Shown: one piece after another, positions 17,013 through 23,273 of the stretch
Numbering within the stretch: the first letter of the stretch is position 1
Layout of the letters: each line of letters opens with the position of its first letter
From: a virus
Taxonomy: Duplodnaviria; Caudoviricetes
Length of the DNA stretch: 29,452 bases
Virus record (IMG/VR): IMGVR_UViG_3300033067_002559
Location: 1 to 29,452 of that record
Direction: 5' to 3' (one strand)
Notes under the pieces: generated by a model
Database searches by the model: none
What the model saw: only the letters and a program-made list of their open reading frames with translations
Told to the model about the DNA's origin: nothing
Program-made: the position numbers and the translations under genes

Positions 17013-17561
17013 TTAGCCTGCGGTCTGTGCCGCCGCGTCGGCGGCGGCGAGCGCGCGGACTTCCTCGGCGTACGGCAGGTCGCGGCACTGCGCGTGCGCG
17101 TGCCCGTCGCAGTAGACGTTGCAGCCGAACGCCGTCGTGGCGATCTCGGCGTGGCAGTCGTCGCACCGGCGCAGGTAACGCAGCGCCCCGCGCAGCGTCG
17201 CGACGTGCGCAAGGGCGGCATCGCGCGCCTGCCGCATCTTCAGGGCGCGCTCGTCGGCGTTGTGGCACTCCGTGCGCCACCCGCTCGCCACGGACTCTGC
17301 CGACGCGAGCAACCCGCGCGTGTGGGCAAGCTCTCGCCCCGCCTCGTCGCGCTCGCGCGTGCGCTCCGCGAGCTGCGTGCGCAGGGCGTTGAGCTCGCGC
17401 TGGATGTACGCGGGCACAGGGTCGCAGCCACGCCCGCAGCGTCCGCACCAGCGCGTGCCCGGGTCATCGTGGCAGGTCGCGCACGGCAGCGACTCGTCCC
17501 GGCCGCAGTCGGGGGAGTGACCGACTCGGTAGCGGCACTTGGGGCATTCCTCGTCGAGCAT
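17013..17561 (-). CDS. Cys-rich protein with central coiled coil
   Basis: Several CxxC pairs flank a heptad region; SD GAGGAG. Confidence 0.7.
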   Translation of the reverse strand: MLDEECPKCRYRVGHSPDCGRDESLPCATCHDDPGTRWCGRCGRGCDPVPAYIQRELNALRTQLAERTRERDEAGRELAHTRGLLASAESVASGWRTECHNADERALKMRQARDAALAHVATLRGALRYLRRCDDCHAEIATTAFGCNVYCDGHAHAQCRDLPYAEEVRALAAADAAAQTAG

Positions 17562-17591
17562 TGTCGATCGCTCCTCTCGTGGTGCAGCCCG

Positions 17592-17924
17592 TCAGAACGG
17601 GATGTCCTCTTCGCTGTACGTGGTGGGCAGCGGCTCCCGCGCGGCCGTCTCTACTCGGTCGCGCCACGCGCGCTCGTGCATCCGCTCACGCAGCTCGATC
17701 GCGGTGATGGGGCCGAGCCGCGCCGTCGGGATCAGGTCGTCGCGCTGGCGCAGGAGCAGCCGCGCGACAGCCTCCACCGCGCCCTTCCAGGCGATCTCCG
17801 GGTACTCGTCGCCCGCGATCTCGTCGGGGATGCCCGCGCGCTCGCAGGCCCGGCTCGCGACGCGCTCGGCCCAGCGCTCGCGCGGCGAGGGGACGTGCGG
17901 CGGGTGCCAGCGGCGGCGGCTCAC
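17592..17924 (-). CDS. Hypothetical protein ending EEDIPF
   Basis: GTG at 17924 (GTGA overlap). Confidence 0.6.
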   Translation of the reverse strand: MSRRRWHPPHVPSPRERWAERVASRACERAGIPDEIAGDEYPEIAWKGAVEAVARLLLRQRDDLIPTARLGPITAIELRERMHERAWRDRVETAAREPLPTTYSEEDIPF

Positions 17925-18154
17925 GGGGTCCTCGCGTCGGTGTCGGGCGGCTCGTCGTGACCGTCGTCGTGCGCGCCGCAGCGGATCTCGCCGTGGCCGT
18001 GGCAGACCTCGCACGGCACCAGGTCGTCCGCCTCGGGATCGAGGCAACAGCAGGTGTCCTCGCCGCAGTCGTGGAAGTAGCCCTCGTCGCAGCCGTTCCA
18101 GCACGGCACGCTGCCGTTGCCGTCGCAGATGCACTCGGGCGCCGTGCCGTTCAT
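17921..18154 (-). CDS. DnaJ-type zinc-finger-like small protein
   Basis: CICDGNG and CEVCHGHG (CxxCxGxG-like); ATGA overlap. Confidence 0.65.
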   Translation of the reverse strand: MNGTAPECICDGNGSVPCWNGCDEGYFHDCGEDTCCCLDPEADDLVPCEVCHGHGEIRCGAHDDGHDEPPDTDARTP

Positions 18155-18726
18155 CGGCGACTCCGGTCGGTCGCGTCGAGCGTCGGCACCATCGTGTTGA
18201 ACGGCGGCCGCTCAACGGACGGCTCCGCGTTCTTGAACCCGGGCAGGAATCGCACGCCCACGGTGGCCACCACCGCCGGCCGCCAGGTCATGCCGCAGTG
18301 CTGGCACGAGTGCGTGTGGTGCACCTTCGTTGCGAACTCGCCCTCGTCGATGTGCCGCGCGTTGCACGCAGGGCACGTGAGCAGCATCGGGACCGGCGCC
18401 GAGAGCGCGTCGATGGCGCGCTTCCGCGCCGCGATCGCGTCCGTGAGGGCGCGCAGTTCATCGTCGGCGCAGAGGCTGACGGGCGTGTTGCGCGGTATGC
18501 CGAGCGCCACTAGCGCCTCGTCGATGGCCACGTTGAGGCGCTCGTGTTCGCTCGCCAGCGAGTCGAACGCTCCGCCCTCTTCGCCGCGCGGCACGTCGAG
18601 AAACGCGCGGACCTTCCCGGCGAGCGCCACGTGCTCGTGCACGATGCGCATCAGCTCGCCATAGTCCTCAAAGCCGTCGTCGCTGACCGCGCGCCGAAGA
18701 TCGCCCTCGTAATCGATACCTGCCAT
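18151..18726 (-). CDS. Hypothetical protein with C-terminal Zn ribbon
   Basis: 'CPACNARHID…HHTHSCQHCG' motif. Confidence 0.7.
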   Translation of the reverse strand: MAGIDYEGDLRRAVSDDGFEDYGELMRIVHEHVALAGKVRAFLDVPRGEEGGAFDSLASEHERLNVAIDEALVALGIPRNTPVSLCADDELRALTDAIAARKRAIDALSAPVPMLLTCPACNARHIDEGEFATKVHHTHSCQHCGMTWRPAVVATVGVRFLPGFKNAEPSVERPPFNTMVPTLDATDRSRR

Positions 18727-18750
18727 CACCCACCGTCCCTTCCGGCGCGC
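18724..18750 (-). repeat. 27-bp direct repeat (leader plus start codon), copy 1
   Basis: catcacccaccgtcccttccggcgcgc, identical to 19006-19032. Confidence 0.9.
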
Positions 18751-18762
18751 TCGGCGCCGCCG

Positions 18763-19008
18763 CTACCACTGCTCCGCAACCCGCTCGACCCGCACGACGG
18801 GCACGTCGTCGCCGTCGCAGACCTGGCCCACGGCCTCGATCGGTCCCTCGCACAACTCGCTGCACGCCATGCCCCTGGCGAGGTCTCGCTCCGCGGCGTA
18901 GAGCGGCGTCTCGCCGTCGTGGTCGGACACCGCGACCTCCACGCGCACGTCGAAGGTCTCGCCGCTCGTCTTCGTCGCGCGCCAGCGCTCGACCCGGATC
19001 GCCTTCAT
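18763..19008 (-). CDS. Small hypothetical protein between the 27-bp repeats
   Basis: MKAIRVERWRATK…, 81 aa. Confidence 0.65.
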   Translation of the reverse strand: MKAIRVERWRATKTSGETFDVRVEVAVSDHDGETPLYAAERDLARGMACSELCEGPIEAVGQVCDGDDVPVVRVERVAEQW

Positions 19009-19032
19009 CACCCACCGTCCCTTCCGGCGCGC
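19006..19032 (-). repeat. 27-bp direct repeat, copy 2
   Basis: Identical to 18724-18750. Confidence 0.9.
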
Positions 19033-19034
19033 GC

Positions 19035-19202
19035 TCAGCGCGCCAATACGTTCTCGGCCTCGGTCACCAGCTCGCGCAGCGCGCGCTCGGCCCGGTCGCG
19101 CGGCATCGTCGGATCGAGCACGGCCGCCGCGGCGCGCTGCAGCCGCGCGAGCAGTCCTCGCAGCGATTGCCGCCGGCGGCGCTGGCGTCGCGCGCGGTTC
19201 AC
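19035..19202 (-). CDS. Small protein with Arg-rich N-terminus
   Basis: GTG at 19202 (GTGA overlap); NRARRQRRRR. Confidence 0.55.
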   Translation of the reverse strand: MNRARRQRRRRQSLRGLLARLQRAAAAVLDPTMPRDRAERALRELVTEAENVLAR

Positions 19203-19522
19203 GGCGCAGCCTCGCTGAGCACGGGGCACGGCACGGTTGCGCGGATGGCGTCGGCAGCCTGTCGGTGGGCGACGTCGCCCGCTTCGATCCAGGCGCAACG
19301 CACGCGCTCGTCGAGGTCGCGCTGGTTGAGCTCGAAGCAGGCACGCCGCATCCGCCATGGGTCGACACACGCCCGCCACGCCCGCTCGAGCGCCGCCTGC
19401 GGCTCGATCGTTGCCGCGAGCGCCCACTCGTACGGGAGCGTCGCCACTTCTGGCGGCCCCAGCAGGGCCGCGAGTGCGTGATGCAACGGCAGAAGACTCA
19501 CGGCGTCAGAAGGGCGCGACAT
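19199..19522 (-). CDS. Hypothetical protein
   Basis: ATG at 19522 with SD GGAGGA. Confidence 0.6.
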   Translation of the reverse strand: MSRPSDAVSLLPLHHALAALLGPPEVATLPYEWALAATIEPQAALERAWRACVDPWRMRRACFELNQRDLDERVRCAWIEAGDVAHRQAADAIRATVPCPVLSEAAP

Positions 19523-19769
19523 CGTCGTCCTCCGTCGCGAGGGCCAGCGCGAACCGCACCGCGTCGGACTCGGCGATCTCTGCCAGGCGCGCGTCGTCGA
19601 CGAACGGACTGTTCCAGTAGCGGCGCCCCGAGGACACCGGGACCGCGAGCGCGCGCACATACTCCGCCCCACGCCAGACCGTCACGAAGTGGCCGGGCCC
19701 CCCACGGCGCGGGCGGACGTCGATGCACGCCGAGCGCAGCTCGCACACGCCGATGCGTTCAGTTCCCAT
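19506..19769 (-). CDS. Hypothetical protein ending EDDDVAPF
   Basis: ATG at 19769 overlaps the end of int by 11 nt. Confidence 0.55.
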   Translation of the reverse strand: MGTERIGVCELRSACIDVRPRRGGPGHFVTVWRGAEYVRALAVPVSSGRRYWNSPFVDDARLAEIAESDAVRFALALATEDDDVAPF

Positions 19770-21264
19770 CGAGGGCCCCCGCCGCGCCGCCGAGGTGGTA
19801 CTCAATCAGGCGGGCTGCGAGCGCCCGCTCGGGCGTACCCGGCGGGTACCCCGCGAGCGCGTCGAGGGCCTCGGCCCACGTGTGGTGCGCGGTGCCGGAT
19901 AGCGTCCGGATATCGTCCGCTGGGTCGTGACGGGTCGCGTCGGGCGGCGAGGGGGGCGCCGGATTGTCGAGTGGCGTCGCGTCGTGCGACCCGTCGCGCG
20001 GCGCCTGCGGAGGTTCAAATCCTACCCCCGCAACCATACGAAAGCCTCGGCCCTGCCGGGGCTTTTGTGTTTCTGGCGTCGCCGCGCTGGGACGATTCAC
20101 GGACGGAATCAGCAGCCGCGCGGGCAGGGGCGGGAAGGGCGTCCCGAAGTTGGAGCCCAGCGCCTCCGCCGTGCGGACGTAGCGCAGCGTGGTCGAGAAC
20201 GTCTTGTGCCCCGCGCGCTGCATCATGCGCTGCGGCGCGTCCCCGCGGCAGGCCATCCACGTGATGCCCGAGGCGCGCAGGTCGTAGAACCGGATCGGGT
20301 TGCGCGTCGCGTCGCGCGCGAAGAGCTCGCCGCGGGCGACGCCCGCGAGCTTCAGCGCGGCGCGCAGCAGCGGCGTGAGCTCGCGCTCCGCGTGCATCCA
20401 CGGCACGAGCAGGCCCCGGCCGCCGGCCTCGCGGTGGAGCAGCTCGACGAGCGGGCGCACGCTCGGCTCGATCGGCACGCGGCGCGCGGCGCCGGTCTTG
20501 ATCTCCTTCGTCTCGCCCGTCACGTCGTCCTTCGCGCGGTGCCAGTGGATCGTGTCGTGCGCCAGGTCGATCGAGTCGCAGTCCAGCACCTCGAGCTCCC
20601 CGGGCCGCGGGAAGAGCCCCGTCGCGAGCGCGCAGAGCTGCGCGAAGCGGTGCGGGACCTCGGGGCAGGCCGCGAGCGCGACGAGCTCGTCCGGGTAGAG
20701 GAACTGCAGCTCCTTCTCGTCGCCCGGCTCCGGCGGCGCGACGCCCACCGCGGGGTTGTCGCCGCGCGCGCGGAACTCGCGGCGCTTCGACGCGCACGCG
20801 TCGCGGAACATCTTCGTCGCGACGCCCCAGATGTTGCGCGCGGACTTGCCCGAGAGCTCTTCCTGCTCCACCAGCTCGTCGAGCGCGGCCACGAGGTCCT
20901 CCAGGTGCTCGCGCTGGACCTCGGCCATCTTCAGCGGGCCGAGGCGCGGCAGGATGTGCGTGCGGGCGTAGCTCGCGGTGGGACGCGCGCTGGTCATGCC
21001 GCTGTCGGCGCGGCGCTTCGCCCAGCGCTCCCACCACTGCTGCACCGTCTCGCCCGTCGGCGCCGGCGCCGCGACGTCCGCGGCCACCACGCCGCCGCGG
21101 TCGCGCGCGAGCTGCGAGAGCGACGCGGCCTTCGCCTTGGCCTGCTCCTCGGTGACGATGGTCGGCGGCAGCCTCACCCACCGGCGCTTGCCGCCGGGCA
21201 GCGTGATCCGCGCCCGCCAGTGATCCTCGGCCCACTCCACCGTGCCCGTTGCCTTACGTCCCAC
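19759..21264 (-). CDS. int: Tyrosine integrase containing attP in its 3' part
   Basis: Arm-binding N-terminus (WRARITLPGGKRRW), core-binding domain, and catalytic motifs 'RPGEL', 'IKT', 'FYDLRASGITW', 'AGHKTFSTTLRY'. SD GAGGAG. Confidence 0.93.
   Translation of the reverse strand: MGRKATGTVEWAEDHWRARITLPGGKRRWVRLPPTIVTEEQAKAKAASLSQLARDRGGVVAADVAAPAPTGETVQQWWERWAKRRADSGMTSARPTASYARTHILPRLGPLKMAEVQREHLEDLVAALDELVEQEELSGKSARNIWGVATKMFRDACASKRREFRARGDNPAVGVAPPEPGDEKELQFLYPDELVALAACPEVPHRFAQLCALATGLFPRPGELEVLDCDSIDLAHDTIHWHRAKDDVTGETKEIKTGAARRVPIEPSVRPLVELLHREAGGRGLLVPWMHAERELTPLLRAALKLAGVARGELFARDATRNPIRFYDLRASGITWMACRGDAPQRMMQRAGHKTFSTTLRYVRTAEALGSNFGTPFPPLPARLLIPSVNRPSAATPETQKPRQGRGFRMVAGVGFEPPQAPRDGSHDATPLDNPAPPSPPDATRHDPADDIRTLSGTAHHTWAEALDALAGYPPGTPERALAARLIEYHLGGAAGALDGN
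19897..19918 (-). repeat. Tandem 11-bp repeats, candidate Int arm sites (left arm)
   Basis: Minus strand reads GGACGATATCC GGACGCTATCC. Confidence 0.55.
20011..20036 (+). mobile_element. attP: attP core, matching the 3' end of an initiator tRNA-Met-like gene
   Basis: aggttcaaatcctacccccgcaacca covers T-loop, acceptor 3' strand and CCA. No 5' tRNA half is present. Confidence 0.88.
20041..20070 (+). terminator. Intrinsic terminator after the tRNA fragment
   Basis: aaagcctcggc-cct-gccggggcttt followed by tgtgt. Confidence 0.8.
20090..20111 (+). repeat. Tandem 11-bp repeats, candidate Int arm sites (right arm)
   Basis: GGACGATTCAC GGACGGAATCA, inverted relative to the left pair. Confidence 0.5.
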
Positions 21265-21655
21265 GGCGCGCTCCTCTCGTCAGCCGCACGCCCGCCTGGG
21301 CGAGCAACGCTTCGTCGCTGGTGTCGATCGCAGGAGGGCTCGGCGGGTGCACCGCCGCATTCTCCGCCGGCGCGGGCGTCGACGCACGCGGCACGCGCTT
21401 GCCGGCCGCGACCCAGGCGTCGACGTCGGCGCGGAGGGCAAAGACGCGCTTGCCGCGCTTGCTGCTCGGGAACGCGCCGGCGCGCGCGGCCGCGAGGAAC
21501 ACGCGCTTGCTCACCGGCGCGTCGTCCTGGTGATAGTGCGCCGGCGGCGGCGCTGCGCTCGCGCCCTGGTGGGCGACGATGCGCGCCGCGACCTTCGCCG
21601 CGATGATGTCCAGCAGCGGCTCGAGCGCCGCCAGGTCGAGGGGGCGGGCGGTCAT
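21254..21655 (-). CDS. Excisionase-like winged-helix protein
   Basis: 'VFLAAARAGAFPSSKRGKRVFALRADVDAWV'; lies directly upstream of int and overlaps it. Confidence 0.7.
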   Translation of the reverse strand: MTARPLDLAALEPLLDIIAAKVAARIVAHQGASAAPPPAHYHQDDAPVSKRVFLAAARAGAFPSSKRGKRVFALRADVDAWVAAGKRVPRASTPAPAENAAVHPPSPPAIDTSDEALLAQAGVRLTRGARRGT

Positions 21656-22179
21656 GGCTGGGGGCCCTCCGTCGCGCCACCCTGGATCACGCGGAGCTGC
21701 GGCCCGAGCTGCAGGACCTCGCGGGCGCGCGCCTCGAGCGCGTCGACCGCCATCGAAAGCACGGGCGCCTCGGCTTCGACGCGCTCGCCGGTCCAGAGAA
21801 AGAGCGACACGCGCGTCGTGCCGAACGAGCTCGCGACCGCGGAGTCGAGCGTGTCGAGGTCGACGTGGGCGAACGCGCCGAACGGGAACCCGGGGCGACG
21901 CATCATCATGCGCGGGTCGATCTCGCGCAGGTCCTGCAGCAGCTCGCCGACCCGGTGCGCGATCGACTCGCCGCGGGCGCGCGCGTCCACGACGTGTTGC
22001 ACCCGCCGCGTCGCCAGCTCGAGGTGCGCCCGCGCGGGGCCGCCAGCGTTGGTGAGCTGGTAGCTGCAGCGCCAAGCACCGGCGAGCCAATAGCAGCCGT
22101 CGGCGTAGCACACGTGCCCGCCGGTCTGCGCGACGAGCGCGCGGAAGGGCTCGCCGCCGATCTGCTCGAGGCGGGTCAC
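21652..22179 (-). CDS. Hypothetical protein
   Basis: GTG at 22179 (GTGA overlap); ends in an 'LRVIQGG' motif. Confidence 0.6.
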   Translation of the reverse strand: MTRLEQIGGEPFRALVAQTGGHVCYADGCYWLAGAWRCSYQLTNAGGPARAHLELATRRVQHVVDARARGESIAHRVGELLQDLREIDPRMMMRRPGFPFGAFAHVDLDTLDSAVASSFGTTRVSLFLWTGERVEAEAPVLSMAVDALEARAREVLQLGPQLRVIQGGATEGPQP

Positions 22180-22550
22180 GGCGCACACCCGTCGGCGAGT
22201 ACGCGGAAGCCAGCGGCGGTGAGCGCGCGGCGCCAGCGCTCGAACGCGAGCAGGGCGGTGACAGGGGCGTCATGGCGCGTCGCCCCGTCCATCGCCGCGT
22301 CGAACGCGAGCGCCACGCGCGTCTCCGCGCGCTTGTGCTCGCGCGAGCCGTACGGCCAGCACCGCATCTCCCACAGCGCGGCGAGCAGCTCACCGGCGCC
22401 GTCCTCGGCGGGCGCGTCCTCGCCGAGGACCTGGCGCAGCTGCGCGAGCTGCTCGGCCGCGGCGTCGGGCAGCCGCGTGGCGCGCACGGCCGGGCGGCGC
22501 TTGGAGCGCACCGCCGCGGGTGCGGGCTTCATGTCGCGCTCAGCGGCCAT
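22176..22550 (-). CDS. Hypothetical protein
   Basis: SD GGAGGG, 124 aa. Confidence 0.6.
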   Translation of the reverse strand: MAAERDMKPAPAAVRSKRRPAVRATRLPDAAAEQLAQLRQVLGEDAPAEDGAGELLAALWEMRCWPYGSREHKRAETRVALAFDAAMDGATRHDAPVTALLAFERWRRALTAAGFRVLADGCAP

Positions 22551-22824
22551 CGCGCCCTCCGCCGCTCACGCGCCACGCGGTGAGCACCACGAGCGCCGCG
22601 AGCACGGCCAGCTCGAGCCACGAGCGTGCGTCGAGCCAGCTCACGACGCACCGCCCGGCAGCGCCCGCAACACGCGGTCCCGCAGCGCGTGCAACTCCGC
22701 GCGCTCGGCGGGGGGTGAGCCGCGCGTGGACCTCGCGCGCGTCGCGCGCGGCCTGGTCGCTCGCGAGGTCGGCGGCGACCTTGGCCGCGAGCGCCTCGAG
22801 GTATCGACGGACGGCGGGGCTCAT
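22540..22824 (-). CDS. Small protein with C-terminal TM helix
   Basis: ATGA overlap; WLELAVLAALVVLTAW. Confidence 0.5.
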   Translation of the reverse strand: MSPAVRRYLEALAAKVAADLASDQAARDAREVHARLTPRRARGVARAAGPRVAGAAGRCVVSWLDARSWLELAVLAALVVLTAWRVSGGGRDGR

Positions 22825-23273
22825 AGCGCGTCCTCCGCGCTGACGACACCACCGAGCCCGTTCCACTGCGGACGGCTCTCCGCGAGCCCGTGCAGGTACC
22901 CGCGCACCTCGACCTCGGACTCGACGAAGTGCACGCCGGGCAGGTCCGCCATCAAGGTCATGGTGCTCGGGTCGCCCTGGACGACGACGAAGCGGCCCAT
23001 CCCGTGGGCCAGCCCGATCTCGACGAGCGCGCCCTGCATGCCGCCGCCGGCGAGCAGCACGAACGCCTCGGCGCGCGCGATGTCAGCGGCGTTCATCGCG
23101 GCGATGGCGCGGCGCTGCTCGCGCGGCAGCCCGGCCTCGTACGCCGCGTCGCGGTCCTCGGCGTGCCACCGGCTGGTGACCACGTAGCCCGTCGCGGTGA
23201 GCTTGCTCGCGAGCGCGCGCGCCCGGGCCGCGAGGTGCAGGCGCGTGGCGATGTAGACGCGGAGGGGGCTCAC
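22821..23273 (-). CDS. Nucleoside 2-deoxyribosyltransferase-family protein
   Basis: 'RVYIAT…VTSRW…ADIARAEAFV…GALVEIGLAHGMG' matches NDT motifs, including the Glu nucleophile position. Confidence 0.75.
   Translation of the reverse strand: MSPLRVYIATRLHLAARARALASKLTATGYVVTSRWHAEDRDAAYEAGLPREQRRAIAAMNAADIARAEAFVLLAGGGMQGALVEIGLAHGMGRFVVVQGDPSTMTLMADLPGVHFVESEVEVRGYLHGLAESRPQWNGLGGVVSAEDAL

Noticed and set aside
19759-19790. ssrA-like degradation tag at the Int C-terminus
   Set aside because: The ending AAGALDGN lacks the terminal Ala-Ala of ClpXP tags.
20011-20036. Complete tRNA gene
   Set aside because: Only the T-loop and acceptor 3' strand are present, the T-stem is mismatched upstream, and there is no D or anticodon arm.
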